Shown here: positions 27,807 through 42,146 of the stretch, piece by piece
How the letters are laid out: each line of letters starts with the position of its first letter
Position numbering within the stretch: the stretch's first letter is position 1
DNA from: Eledone cirrhosa
Taxonomy: Eukaryota
Assembly: GCA_964016885.1 (NCBI GenBank)
Contig: OZ024764.1
Location: 16,678,001-16,742,000, forward strand
DNA length: 64,000 bases
Direction: 5' to 3'
Made by a program: the position numbers and the translations under genes
The notes under the pieces: generated by a model
The model's input: the letters and a program-made list of their open reading frames with translations, nothing else
Database searches by the model: none
What the model was told of the DNA's origin: nothing

Positions 27807-28333
27807 CATCTATATTAAATCTTTTATACTCTGCAATGTATTGAGTACCTTACTTACTGTGGTTACCTCCGATTCAACCCGGAATAACGTATATATATAT
27901 ATGTATAGATCAAAGTATATATATATGTATATATGTATATATATATATATATATATGTATAGATCAAAGTCTATATATATGTATATATGTATATATGTAT
28001 ATATATAGATCAAAGTCTATATATATGTATATATTTACAACAGTTATCTGGGGAGCCATCATCACTCCATCGGATGAGTTATAATTGTAAATGTGATGGC
28101 AGGTCCACATTTTATCAGTCTATCAGAGTTTGAAGCGAGGGAATGGATTTCTGTTGATTATCTGTTAATTATGATAAAGGTTTAAGCTTCACCGTCGGGC
28201 AGATTTACATTTAATGTATACTATGATAGTAATTATATACACTACTACATTTTTTATTTAAATTATCGACTACTTTGTTGAGTAACGGTCTGACTAGTCG
28301 CTTGACTAATAAGGACTGTACACACATACACCG

Positions 28334-28370
<37 letters not shown>

Positions 28371-29091
28371 GAGTGAGAGATCTAGTCATATATATATATA
28401 TATATATATATAAATACAAATATATGTAAATACATATATATATATATATATATAAATACATACATATATGTGCGTTTATACGTGTGTATTTATATATATT
28501 TATTTATCACGCACATGCATACATCTAATTCATACATCTAATATATACACATAAATATACGTATATATACACACACATCTATATATATATATAGATGTAT
28601 GTATATATTTATTTATTTATTTATCATGCACATGCATTCATCTAATATGTATACATAAATATACGTATATATACCCACACATCTATATATTTATCTCTCT
28701 CTCTCTATATATATATATATATACCCATACATTTCTATACATATAAATACATACATCATATATAACGAAGGAAGTGTGGTAAGGAACCAGATGGACCAAA
28801 AACCACCAAAGTACTCAAGACTTCGGGTAGTAGAGTGGGTAATAGGAAAATGTTTAACCCCTTGAGCTCTGCCGTCAGGATTAAACATTTTCCTATATAT
28901 ATATATATATAATTATATATATTAATTTATATATATATATATATACAAACACACAGAGATACATATATTAGAGGAGGAAACCTCATCAAACTGATATATC
29001 TACTACCAATACTATAATTATTATTGTAGTAGGTGTTGGTTGTTGTTGTTGATGTTATTGTTGTGGTTATTGTTGTAAGGGGTTCACCCAC

Positions 29092-29178
29092 CTGAGCTTT
29101 CTCAAAGTTCTCCCTCTCAACTTCCACGGCAGTTTTTCCTCTTTGGCTAATGACTCTTGGTAAATGTAGAGACGACAT
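29092..29178 (-). CDS. HIP1: First coding exon of huntingtin-interacting protein 1 family gene (MSSLHLPRVISQRGKTAVEVERENFEKAQ)
   Basis: Acceptor ttctcctcag| (exon starts 29189), CAG|gtgggt donor. Peptide resembles HIP1 LPKVLSRRG..AERESFERTQ and HIP1R RVLSRR..EAEREQFDKTQ (recalled). No later exons found in the window. Confidence 0.8.
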
Positions 29179-29214
29179 ATCCGAGGTGACTGAGGAGAAA
29201 TATGGTGAGGTAGA

Positions 29215-30240
29215 GCGGGAGGGAGAGAGAGGGGCAGATAGAAGAGGGGATGTGCTGAGAGAGGGCCAGAGAGAAGAGGAGATGTACTGAGAGAGGGGCA
29301 GAGAGAAGAGGATATGTGCTGAGAGAGGGTGGCAGTGATAGATAGAGACTGGTGTAGAGGGGCAGAGAGAAGAGGAGATGTACTGAGAGAGGGGCAGAGA
29401 GAAGAGGAGATGTGCTGAGAGAGGGGCAGAGAGAAGAGGAGATGTGCTGAGAGAGGGTGGCAGTGATAGATAGAGACTGGGGTAGAGGGGCAGAGAGAAG
29501 CGGAGATGTACTGAGAGAGGGGCAGAGAGAAGATGGGATGTGCTGAGAGAGGGTGGCAGTGATAGATAGAGACTGGTGTAGAGGGGCAGAGAGAAGCGAA
29601 GATGTACTGAGAGAGGGGCAGAGAGAAGAGGAGATGTGCTGAGAGAGGGTGGTAATGATAGATAGAGACTGGAGTAGAGGGGGAAAGAGGGAGAGGTAGA
29701 GGAACAGAGAGAACGGGTGAAATAGAGAGAGGGTGGGAGTGATAGATAGAGACTGGAGAAGAGAGGGAAAGAGGGCGAGATAGAGGAGAAGCGACAAGGG
29801 TATAGCGAGATAGAGAGGGTGAAAGTGATAGAAAAAGACTGGAGTAGAGAGGGAAAGAGGGAGCGGGAGTGATAGATGGAAAGTGGAGCAGAGAGAGAGT
29901 GAGTGGTACATGGCAGATAGATAGATAGATAGATAAAGAGAGAGGGAGGTCCGTGATAAATAAATAGAGAGGGAGAGCGTGATAGATAAATAGAGAGAGA
30001 GGGAGAGCGTGATAGATAAATAGAGAGAGAGGGAGTGCGTATAGGTAAATAGAGAGAGAAGCAGAGCGTGATAGATAAATAGAGAGAGGGAGAGCGTGAT
30101 AGATAGAGAGAGAGGGACAGCGTATAGATAAATAGAGAGAGAGGGAGTGCGTATAGATAAATAGAGAGGGGGAGTGCATATAGATAAATAGAGAGAGGGA
30201 GAGCGTGATAGATAGAGAGAGAGGGACAGCGTATAGATAA

Positions 30241-30271
<31 letters not shown>

Positions 30272-32049
30272 GTGATAGATAAATAGAGAGAGAGAGTGGA
30301 TGATAGATAAATAGAGAGAGAGGGAGAGTGTATAGAAAAATAGAGAGAGAGAGCGTGATAGACAAATAGAGAGAGAGAGAGTGGATGATAGATAAATAGA
30401 GAGAGAGGGAGAGTGTATAGAAAAATAGAGAGAGAGTGCGTGATAGATAAATAGAGAGAGAGAGAGCGTGATAGATAAATAGAGAGAGGGAGTGGCTGAT
30501 AGATAAATAGAGAGAGAGGGAGAGTGTATAGACAAATAGAGAGAGAGAGCGTGATAGATAAATAGAGAGAGAGGGAGAGCGTGATAGATAAATGGAGAGA
30601 GGGAGTGGCTGATAGATAGAGAGAGACAAAGAGGGAGTGGGTGATAGAAAGAGAGAGACGAAGAGGGAGTGAGTGATAGATAGAGAGAGACGAAGAGGGA
30701 GTGGGTGATAGAAAGAGATACAAAGACAAAGAATTAGAAAGGAAGAACGTAAGATAAACAGAGGGGGAGGAATGAGAGTAAAAGAGGATTAAAGTAAGAG
30801 GGGGAGTGTGCAAACAGATAGTAAAACTGAGGGAGGGAGTGAAAGAGAATAAGACAATAATCAGAGAGGGGGAGTGAAAGCTAAACAGATTTAGAGATAG
30901 GAGCAGTATATAATTGGGGAGGGGTAGTGTGAGTGTGAAAAAGATTTAGAGAGAGGGGTAATATATTGATAAATAGAGAGAAAAAGAGAGAAGAGTGAGA
31001 GTAAAAGAGATTTAGAGAGAGAGGGGTAATATATTACCTGATAACTAGAGAGGGAAAAGAGAGGGGTAATATATTAACAGATAACAAGAGAGAGGGAAAG
31101 AGAGGGAGAGTGAGAGTAAAAGAGATTTAGAGAGAGGGGGGTAATATATTAACAGATAACTAGAGAGAGGGAAAGAGAGGGAGAGTGAGAGTAAAAGAGG
31201 TTTAGAGAGAGGGGGGTAATATATTAACGAATAACTAGAAAGAGGGAAAGAGAGTGAGAGTGAGAGTAAAAGAGATTTAGAGAGAGGGGGTAATATATTA
31301 ACAGATAACTAGAAAGAGGGAAAGAGAGGGAGAGTGAGAGTAAAAGAGATTTAGAGAGAGGGGGGGGTAATATATATTAACGCATAACTAGGGTGGGAGG
31401 GAGATAGAGGAAGAGGGAGAGAAGAAATAAGTTTATCAGAGGGGATATAAAGATATATAGAGAGAAAGGGAGAGTAATATAAAGATTTAGACAGAGGGGG
31501 AAACATGTACTTGGATCACTAGAGTGGGAGGAAGAGGGGAAGAATGAGAGTAAGCTACATCTAGAGAGAGAGAGAGAAATGAAGTGAGAGAATAAACGTT
31601 TTTATTAGAGAGAGGGAGTGAAATAAAGACAAATTTAAAGAGAGGGGGAAGAAGTGAAGGGGTGAGAGTAAGCTAAATCTAGAGAGAGAGAATAAGAGAA
31701 GAAATAGGATTATTAGAGAGGGGGAGTGAGCTATTAACAATGCTAGAGAGAGAGGAAGTATGAATTAAACATAGAGAAAGAGAGAGAGAGAGTAACTAGA
31801 CGAGTGAGAGAGAGAGAGGGCGTGATAAAAAGACAAAGATATATAATGGGAGGGAGGGGGTAGAGAGATAGATAAAAACAGAGAGGGGGGGCGAGAGAGA
31901 GAGACATATAGATGGAAAAGGGGAGAGAGGGTGTGAGAAAGAGATAGAAAGAGTAAAAAAAATCTAGAGGGAGAGTATATATGGAGAAATAAATAGAAAG
32001 AGAGAGAGGGCGAGATAGAAAGACAGAACTATATAATGGAATGAGGGAT

Positions 32050-32105
<56 letters not shown>

Positions 32106-32271
32106 TAAGGTAAGGAAAATGGGAAAGAGGGTGAGAGAAAGAGGGAAAGAGTAAGACAAAGAGAGACAGAGAGAATAAATATATATATAATAGAGAGGGG
32201 GGTGCGTGATAGAAAGACTAAACTAAACGATAAAGGTGTAGATAGATAGATAGATATGGAGAAAGAGAGGG

Positions 32272-32308
<37 letters not shown>

Positions 32309-32485
32309 GGGAGAAAGAAAGAGTGGGAGAAAGAGAGATAGATAGATAGATAGATAAGGAGAAAGAGAGGGTAGGAGAGGGAGAGAGAGAGAGATAGGGA
32401 GAAATAGAGAATGGGAGAGGGAGAGAGAGAGAGAGAGAGTGGGAGAAAGAGAGATAGATAGATAGATAGATAAGGAGAAAGAGAA
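29215..32485. repeat. Purine-rich (GA/GATA) low-complexity block with internal tandem repeats
   Basis: Direct inspection. Lies directly upstream of the HIP1 acceptor on the minus strand. Confidence 0.9.
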
Positions 32486-32552
32486 TTTTTCCGGAGTATC
32501 AATAATATCAACAATATTAATAAATGGAAAATATCTTTATAAAACCATATTT

Positions 32553-32611
32553 ATTTTATTATACGTATTTCAAGGGTACCAACATTTTAGTACGCTTTCG
32601 TCAGATAAAAT
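32553..32611 (-). ncRNA. Hammerhead ribozyme, family A, solo copy
   Basis: AUUUUAU / CUGACGA / AAG-c-GUAC..GUAC-c-CUU / GAAA / UACGU-AUA / AUAAAAU. Stem I has 7 Watson-Crick pairs. Confidence 0.8.
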
Positions 32612-32727
32612 ATAATATTTGGTGTAAAGATAGTGACATATCTTCATGTGAACTTCATGTTATAAGTTCATTGAAGATAGTGAATATATATATAACATAC
32701 TTACATGTTTACATTTATAATTTGCTT

Positions 32728-32769
<42 letters not shown>

Positions 32770-32897
32770 AAAGTTATATTTAAATTGTTGGGTTACAACT
32801 AGTAAATATTTATAACTGATATATAAGCACTCGACAAATATTTGGAGTATATTTACAATATTAAATAAATGGAAACTATATTTATAAAACCATATTT

Positions 32898-32961
32898 ATT
32901 TCATTATATATATTTCAGGGATATCATATTAACAATATGCTATGCCTTCCTCAGACAAAAT
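32898..32961 (-). ncRNA. Hammerhead ribozyme, family A, mirror copy
   Basis: Reverse complement of 33086-33149. Confidence 0.8.
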
Positions 32962-33085
32962 ACAATATAAACAGTTTTATAGATAAATAGATTCGACATA
33001 CCGTAACAACATCAACCTTTTCAAATACAAGTCGATGTTGTTACGGTATGTCGAATCTATTTATCTATAAAACTGTTTATATTGT

Positions 33086-33149
33086 ATTTTGTCTGAGGAA
33101 GGCATAGCATATTGTTAATATGATATCCCTGAAATATATATAATGAAAT
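33086..33149 (+). ncRNA. Hammerhead ribozyme, family A
   Basis: AUUUUGU / CUGAGGA / AGG..CCU / GAAA / UAUAU-AUA / AUGAAAU. Confidence 0.8.
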
Positions 33150-33543
33150 AAATATGGTTTTATAAATATAGTTTCCATTTATTTAATATTGTATATATAT
33201 ATATATATATATATATCGTTTCTGAATTTGTTTAGCAAGATTCCTTATCTGAAATCGTGTGTTGAAACCGATATTGTTATACTTTGGGAGGGTCATGTTG
33301 CCAATAAGAAACACACGCACCAGTTGCTTTCACTCCAATTTATTATAAATTTTAAAAAACTTTTGAAAAAATTTTTTGAAAAAATTTTTTTTTATTTATA
33401 ATAAATTGGAGTGAAAGCAACTGGTGCGTGTGTTTCTTATTGGCAACATGACTCTCCCAAAGTATAACAATATTTATATATATATATATATATATATATA
33501 GTGACGAAACAAGTCAATTGCATGAACTCATAATCCTTTATTT

Positions 33544-33599
33544 ACTGCTATATATATTTCGATGATAGCCATTGAATGGCTATGACCTTATCAGGCAGT
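33544..33599 (-). ncRNA. Hammerhead ribozyme, family B, core-mutated (CUGAUAA)
   Basis: Stem I ACUGC/GCAGU and stem II AUAGCCA/UGGCUAU retained. G8>A change is predicted to inactivate it. Confidence 0.65.
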
Positions 33600-33658
33600 T
33601 AGTCAGTTCTTAGATATGCCAGCTCTGTGTTTATAGTGTTGATGGTATCAGAGCCTTG

Positions 33659-33689
<31 letters not shown>

Positions 33690-33989
33690 ACAAAGGAAAA
33701 GTGGTAAGGAACCAGGTGGACCATAACGCACCAAAGTACTCAATACTTAGGGTAGTAGAGTGGGTAATAGGAACAAGTAAGACCCCGACGGCTGAGCTCA
33801 AGCCGTTTCGACGGCTAATTCTGGACTGAATGAAAATTTATTCTGGTATTTAAATAGCCAAGCTTATCAAGGGGTAATATGGAATTACCCCTTGATAAGC
33901 TTGGTATTTAAATACCAGAATAAATTTTCATTCAGGCCAGAATTAGCCGTCGAAACGGCTTGAGCTCAGCCGTCGGGGTCTTACTTGTT

Positions 33990-34026
<37 letters not shown>

Positions 34027-34765
34027 TATACATTATGTCCATAGAATCATTTGATAAGATATATACACCATTTCCTCTCCCAATCAGCATAGTCACACAC
34101 AAAAAAAACAATTAAACCAGGCTATAAGATTAAAAGGCACCATATACATATAAGAATGTATATATATATATATATATACATATATTCATATATATAAACA
34201 CACACTACACAAGGAAGTGAGGGATAGTCAGCAGATAAAAAGAAATGGGATTGCAATGCAGGAAATAGAATGAGTGTTTGATTGTTTTAATAATATCATC
34301 AACATCATCATCGCTTAGGGTTTAGACCATATATATATATGTGTATATATATATATATATATATACACATGAATGTGTCTGTTGACATTTGGAATATAGC
34401 CTAAGAGAAACTTGAAGATGATAGGCACTCAATATTTTGAACTGGTCTATAGAATTAGCTTTTAAAGAATTTCCCTTTTCTTTAAATCCATCAACCATGA
34501 CTGACCCCCAACGATCTTATAGACACCTGAAATATAGGCATTGTTAGCTTAAGAGAAACTTAAAAATAAGGAGTGGCCCCCTATTCTGAACTTGTTTATA
34601 GAATTCTTTCTGCCTTTGTTACTCTAAATATAAATTATAGCTTTAAAGAATTAGCTTTTAATGAATTCCCTTTTCTATCAACCAATGACCTCTACCCATC
34701 CCACTCCCTACCCTCTCCTACCACCTGAAGAGACCTATAAATACCATATTTATTTTTTGATACCC

Positions 34766-34816
34766 AGATTCCTGATGATTTCTAAAGAATGAAACAGTTC
34801 TAGTCCTGTAGAATCT
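34766..34816 (+). ncRNA. Type I hammerhead ribozyme, family C
   Basis: Identical to 27756-27806. Truncated minus-strand relatives at ~39805-39930 and ~60820-60900. Confidence 0.72.
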
Positions 34817-35120
34817 CATCTATATTAAAACTATATCATCATCATCATCATCATCATCGTTTAACGTCCGTGTTCCACGCTTGCATGGGTTTGGACGGGG
34901 ATTTTCCCACTTGAGGCAAGAGTGGTTGTCTTGCTCGCATAGGACTGTCTGGCAGGTTTTCTACAGTTGGATGCCCTTCCTAACACCAACCACATTTACA
35001 GTGTGGGACTGGGAGGTTTTTACCGTGTTGCCTACACGGCCACATTACAGCGTGGACTGTGTGTTTTTTTGTCGTGACACCTACACGATCTCATTTGTTT
35101 CGGCCTGGATGTTGTGGCAC

Positions 35121-35182
<62 letters not shown>

Positions 35183-35459
35183 CTGAAGCTCACGGTGGAG
35201 ATGACAAAGGACGGTGACAAGTGGAGAGATGCTGTGCTGAATAAGACCCGTCCCACCCTTGTAAGCAGGGAAAAGCGGACGTAAAATGATGATGATAATG
35301 ATGATGATGATATATATATATATATCAGTGGCGAAGGGTGACCTGGAAAGCAGGGCATGCTGTCCAATCGCCATGGCGGAAAGTGGGGCTGTGCAGCCTT
35401 ACCCTCCCCCCCAATTCCCTCTAAATGACCCTCCCAGTCAAAGCCGCATGTAGTGTTAT

Positions 35460-35571
<112 letters not shown>

Positions 35572-35691
35572 TGCGATTTATTAAGCTGCCAAAATTCTGC
35601 CTGCTTCAACTGACACAATTGATCAACTCAAGATTCTATAATGCATGCACTGCATGAGTTGCATGCACGGACCCTTCGCCCCTGATATATG

Positions 35692-35752
<61 letters not shown>

Positions 35753-35831
35753 CATCATCATCATACAGAGAAAAAGAGAACAGGGATGGTTGATAGAGAG
35801 TGAGTAAGAGAAAGAAGAGATAGAGAGAGAT

Positions 35832-36890
35832 ACATTCCCCCACACCAGAGAACACTCCCCCACACCAGAGAACACTCTCCCACATCAGAGAACACTCTCC
35901 CACATCAGAGAACACTCCCCCACACCAGAGAACACTCCCCCACACCAGAGAACACTCTCCCACATCAGAGAACACTCTCCCACATCAGAGAACACTCTCC
36001 CACATCAGAAAACACTCTCCCACATCAGATAACACTCCCCCACACCAGAGAACACTCTCCCACACCAGAGAACACTCCCCCACACCAGAGAACACTCTCC
36101 CACACCAGAGAACACTCTCCCACACCAGAGAACACTCCCCCACACCAGAGAACACTCCCCCACACCAGAGAACACTCCCCCACACCAGAGAACACTCCCC
36201 TACACCAGAGAACACTCTCCCACACCAGAGAACACTCTCCCACACCAGAGAACACTCCCCCACACCAGAGAACACTCCCCCACACCAGAGAACACTCTCC
36301 CACACCAGAGAACACTCCCCCACCACAGAGAACACTCTCCCACACCAGAGAACACTCTCCCACACCAGAGAACACTCCCCCACACCAGAGAACACTCTCC
36401 CACACCAGAGAACACTCCCCCACACCAGAGAACACTCCCCCACACCAGAGAACACTCCCCCACACCAGAGAACACTCCCCCACACCAGAGAACACTCCCC
36501 TACACCAGAGAACACTCTCCCACATCAGAGAACACTCCCCCACACCAGAGAACACTCTCCCACACCAGAGAACACTCTCCCACACCAGAGAACACTCCCC
36601 CACACCAGAGAACACTCCCCCACACCAGAGAACACTCCCCTACACCAGAGAACACTCTCCCACACCAGAGAACACTCTCCCCACACCAGAGAACACTCTC
36701 CCACCACAGAGAACACTCTCCCACATCAGAGAACACTCCCCCACATCAGAGAACACTCCCCCACACCAGAGAACACTCTCCCACATCAGAGAACACTCTC
36801 CCACACCAGAGAACACTCCCCCACACCAGAGAACACTCCCCCACACCAGAGAATGGTCCCCCACACCAGAGAATGTTCTCCCCCACACCA
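35832..36890. repeat. 20-bp minisatellite, ~52 copies
   Basis: CACACCAGAGAACACTCYCC. Confidence 0.96.
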
Positions 36891-37023
36891 CTCAGGCCTT
36901 CATCACTGCTGCAGCGATGCTAAGCTGTAACACATGAAAACATATGCAATTGTTTGAAAATGAATTATACTATTGTGTCAGTAAGTTGAACATTTCTCAG
37001 TTTTATGACTAAGCCTATTATGA

Positions 37024-37060
<37 letters not shown>

Positions 37061-37477
37061 TGTATATATATCATCATTATCATCATTTTATGCCTGTTTT
37101 TCCCTGTTTCCAAGGGTGGGATGGGTCTTATTCAGCACAGCATCTCTCCACTTGTCACGGTCCTTCGTCATCTCCTCCGTGAGTTTCAGCGATCTGAGGT
37201 CAGCTCTCACCACCTCCGACCATTTTTTTTCATGGTCTTCCTTCAACTGGGATTTCTTGGCACTTCTTCACCCAGCGGTCATCCTCCATGCGCATCACAT
37301 GTACATACCAATGCAATCTTCTCTCCCGCACATTACAGCTTATCCCTCTTATACGCAGTTTCTCTCTCAACTCATCCATGCTTGGTCGTTTACGCACATC
37401 CAACGGAGCATGCTTGCTTCATCTTATTATTACCCTGTTTATTATTGCCCTACAGGCTATAACATAAAAGTTTAAAA

Positions 37478-38258
37478 CCGGCTGCCCATGAGAACTTCTA
37501 TACGCAGATGATCTAACTCTCATAACTGAATTTATGGCAGAACTAGAGAAGAAAATGGAAGCATGGCCTAGAATCAGAAGGCCTTAAAGTTAACTTGTCT
37601 AAGACTAAAGTTCTAGTATGTAGAAAGGAAAATAGGGCACAGATTCCCTCTGGGAAATGGCCTTGCTCAGTGTGTAGGAAAGGAGTAGGTAGAAATTCCA
37701 TTCTATGTCCCAAATGCAAGCTATGGGTACCTAAAAGATGTAGTGGGATCACAGACAGGCTATCAAAGAACGTAGGTTTTATGTGTGGTCAATGCTTAGG
37801 TGCAGTAAGCAGCAAGTACCCACAGGATACTAGCTCCTTCAAATGCCTAGATGGTTCTATAGAAATAGTTGACACTTTCTACTACCTGGATGACAAAATC
37901 AGCAGTGGAGGAGGGTGTTCTGAAAGTACAGTAGCCAGAGTAAGAATGGGATGGAGAAAGTTCAGTGAGCTAATACCGCTGTTGGCCACAAAAGATTTCA
38001 CCCTAAAAATTAAAAGCAGATTATGCAACGCTTTTATATGAACAACAAAGTTACATAGTAGTGAGACCTGTACATTGTGTGCATAGCATCTGTGCAGATT
38101 GGAAAGAAATGAAGCATGCATGCTCCCTCCAACGGGTGTGCAATAGTAATATACACGAACGGCAAAGCATAAATGAACTAAGTGAGAAATTAGGAATAAG
38201 AGGGATCAGATGATGTATGCAGAAGAGGAGATTGTGTTGGTATGGTCATGTGATTCAG
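37478..38258 (+). mobile_element. Degraded RTE-clade LINE, same family as 61434-62391
   Basis: [35 protein letters not shown], with stops and frameshifts. Confidence 0.88.
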
Positions 38259-38278
38259 TAGGAAATAATTGTGGTGGG

Positions 38279-38556
38279 CTGCTAGAGTTATGGCAAGTGG
38301 TGTACAACGAGTGTTAGGCAGGCAGTTTCACTGTTTACCCCTCAGTAGTAAAGGTTCACATTTTATATTCGGTGGACAAGTTGACCCCTGGTTTTGGAGG
38401 AAATATTTTTAGGCTCCTGAGCTGCTAGAGTTATGGCAAGTGGTGTACAATGAGTGTTAGGCAGGCAGTTCACTGTTTACCCCTCAGTAGTAAAGGTTCA
38501 CATTTTATATTCGGTGGGCAAGTTGACCCCTGGTTTTGGAGAGATACTTTTAGGCT
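38279..38556. repeat. Tandem duplication of ~143 bp
   Basis: GCTGCTAGAGTTATGGCAAGTGG... occurs twice. Confidence 0.9.
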
Positions 38557-39080
38557 GTAAATGTCAACTTGTACACCGGCAGATATGGTAATTATATCTG
38601 CTACATGCTTTTCAAATACTTTTCTTATAACTGAATTAACAAACTATCATACCTTTATAAGGAAAAGCGTCAACAATCTTGTGTGTGTGTGTGGTGTGGT
38701 GTGGTGTGGTGTGGTGTGGTGTGGTGTGGTGTGGTGTGGTGTGGTGTGGCGTGGTGTGTGTATGTGTGGTGTGTGTGTGTGGTGTGGTGTGGTGTGGTGT
38801 GGTGTGGTGTGGTGTGGTGTGGTGTGGTGTGGTGTGGTGTGGTGTGGTGTGGTGTGGTGTGGTGTGTGTATGTGTATGTGTGGTGTGTGTGTGTGTTAGA
38901 CAATAAAGGTCACTGTTGTCCTATATTTATCAACATTGTATTTATTCATTTAAAGAAACACTAGTTTCTCAGCTGGAGCTTATACACACACACACACATA
39001 CACACACACACACACACATACACACACACACACACACATACACACATACACACACACACACATGTATCAACATATATGTA

Positions 39081-39129
<49 letters not shown>

Positions 39130-39176
39130 ATATATATATATGTATGTGTGTGTTAGTATGTATGTGTATGTATAAC

Positions 39177-39209
<33 letters not shown>

Positions 39210-39244
39210 CTACACACATGTATCAACATATATGTATGTGTGTG

Positions 39245-39297
<53 letters not shown>

Positions 39298-39647
39298 GTG
39301 TGTGTTAGTATGTATGTATAACTATATATATATATATATATATGTTTGTGTGTATATATATATGTGTAGAGATATATATATATATATATCATCATCATCA
39401 TCATCACACATGCATATATATTCATGTGTGTGTGAGTGAGTGTGTTTACTTGAGTGTAAGGGGGGGGAGGGGATGGGGAAGTGATGTCAGCAGGACACAG
39501 GCTGAGATGACAAAGACTGGAAGTGGGAGGGGGGGGACTGTTGATGTTGCTGTGGTAACATGTGGTTTGTATTAGATCTGTGAGGTGGGTGTGGAAGAGA
39601 GTGGGGGGGGGGGGGGCGAGGAGGAGGAGGAGGACAAAGAAAGAAAG

Positions 39648-39680
<33 letters not shown>

Positions 39681-39928
39681 AAGTCAGATGTTTTAATATT
39701 TTACCACTCAGCTATTAGACTGTGGCCATGCTGGGGCATTGCTGTAAAATATTCTATCCTATCAGCAACCCCAGTAAACACACACACACACACATATATA
39801 TATAAGTTATCCCAGGTTCAATCGGGGGTAACCACAGTAAGTAAGGTACTCAATACATAGCAGAGTATAAATATTTAATATAGAAAGACTTCTACAGGAC
39901 TAGAACTGTTTCATTCATGAGAAATCAT

Positions 39929-40987
39929 CACTGTGAAAATACAATAGTATATATAGAGTAATGTAAATGTTATGTGAGATATTATGTGAGGTAAAGCCTT
40001 TACTGTGACAATACAATAGTATATATAGAGTAATGTAAATGTTATGTGAGGTATTATGTGAGGTAAAGCCTTTACTGTGAACATACAATAGTATATATAG
40101 AGTAATGTAAATGTTATGTGAGGTATTATGTGTGGTAAAGCCTTTACTGTGAAAATACAATAGTATATATAGAGTAATGTAAATGTTATGTGAGATATTA
40201 TGTGAGGTAAAGCCTTTACTGTGAAAATACAATAGTATATATAGAGTAATGTAAATGTTATGTGAGATATTATGTGAGGTAAAGCCTTTACTGTGAAAAT
40301 ACAATAGTATATATAGAGTAATGTAAATGTTATGTGAGATATTATGTGAGGTAAAGCCTTTACTGTGAAAATACAATAGTATATATAGAGTAATGCAAAT
40401 GTTATGTGAGATATTATGTGAGGTAAAGCCTTTACTGTGAAAATACAATAGTATATATAGAGTAATGTAAATGTTATGTGAGATATTATGTGAGGTAAAG
40501 CCTTTACTGTGAAAATACAATAGTATATATAGAGTAATGTAAATGTTATGTGAGGTATTATGTGTGGTAAAGCCTTTACTGTGAAAATACAATAGTATAT
40601 ATAGAGTAATGTAAATGTTATGTGAGATATTATGTGAGGTAAAGCCTTTACTGTGAAAATACAATAGTATATATAGAGTAATGTAAATGTTATGTGAGAT
40701 ATTATGTGAGGTAAAGCCTTTACTGTGAAAATACAATAGTATATATAGAGTAATGTAAATGTTATGTGAGATATTATGTGAGGTAAAGCCTTTACTGTGA
40801 CAATACAATAGTATATATAGAGTAATGTAGATGTTGTGTGAGATATTATGTGAGGTAAAGCCTTTACTGTGAACATACAATAGTATATATAGAGTAATGT
40901 AAATGTTATGAGATATTATGTGAGGTAAAGCCTTTACTGTGACAATACAATAGTATATATAGAGTAGTGTAAAAGCTAAAGGGTTAA
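39929..40987 (-). mobile_element. Same MITE, truncated, ~14 x 72-bp units
   Basis: Array ending GCTAAAGGGTTAA. Confidence 0.8.
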
Positions 40988-41254
40988 TGGCTCCAGTTAG
41001 AAGGTATCTACCCAAGGTGCCACTATAAAAAGCAACCAGTATGCTAGGAAAGGTCGTTAATATTTGAAAATTCATCCAACCATAAGAATCAAGACAAGTA
41101 TGCAATATTCATGCAGGACATGGTTCAGTGAACTGTCAAGTCTTAGACAGCTATTAATTGTCCTCTCCATGGTAACACTGATAGCAGAGAGGAAATAATG
41201 TTGATGACTATATATACACACACACACACACATTATATATATATATACATACAC

Positions 41255-41311
<57 letters not shown>

Positions 41312-41471
41312 CATGCGTATATATATATATATATATATAAGCAAAGAGATATTTAATTTGCTGGTAATTCAACAACTTTATTTATAACAGATTCGAAGCA
41401 CTCTACAAGTTTCCTGGACTATAATATCAATGATATTAATAAATGAAAACTATATTTATAAAACCATATTT

Positions 41472-41532
41472 ATTTTATTATATATATTTCAAGGATACCA
41501 AAAAACTTTCGTACGTTCTCATCAGATAAAAT
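41472..41532 (-). ncRNA. Hammerhead ribozyme, family A, solo copy
   Basis: AUUUUAU / CUGAUGA / imperfect stem II / GAAA / UAUAU-AUA / AUAAAAU. Confidence 0.68.
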
Positions 41533-42146
41533 ACAAAATTTGTTTTATAAATAGTGACATACCCGATAAACCAGGCCTTAACGGTTCAGGTTACATTTGG
41601 ATACCCTGGTTGCAGTTATTTTCTGTGTTTGGGATTTCTACATTTTTTAAGAATTTCAAATCTATCCAAACTCTTTTAATTCTTCGTATTTACAATGTTG
41701 TTTCAGTTTAAAGTCTGTCTCAAGCCCGGAGGCTCATCAAGACAAAGGTACTATACATGCACCTTTGATGAGTTGTAGTGCACCTGAGCACTGTACACAA
41801 TAATTTCATTATTATTATTATGTCCCTTCCCAAAAAATCATGCTAAGCTGTAGTCTCTTAACAATCGTATTTAAGACTATTCAACAGAATTCGTAACATG
41901 ATCGACTTGTCTCCCCACAGCCCCGGCAGACAGAATGGAGAAGGTGTTTCCCCGGAGGACGGCAAGGGAGACGCGTTGGAAACACATAAAACTTTACCTC
42001 TTTCATGTACTTAATATATCTGTATTGAAACTAATTATGTGACAGGTGTAACAATTTCATATTCCGTATGCTTTACTACACAGTAAAGTACTCAGATTAC
42101 TGAGAGGCAGGACGAAATCACTTTAAAATTACCATCCTAGGTGCAG

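Noticed and set aside
28927-30813. 628-aa Ser/Leu-rich ORF
   Set aside because: Only 29092-29178 (HIP1 exon) is credible. The rest is (CT)n low complexity.
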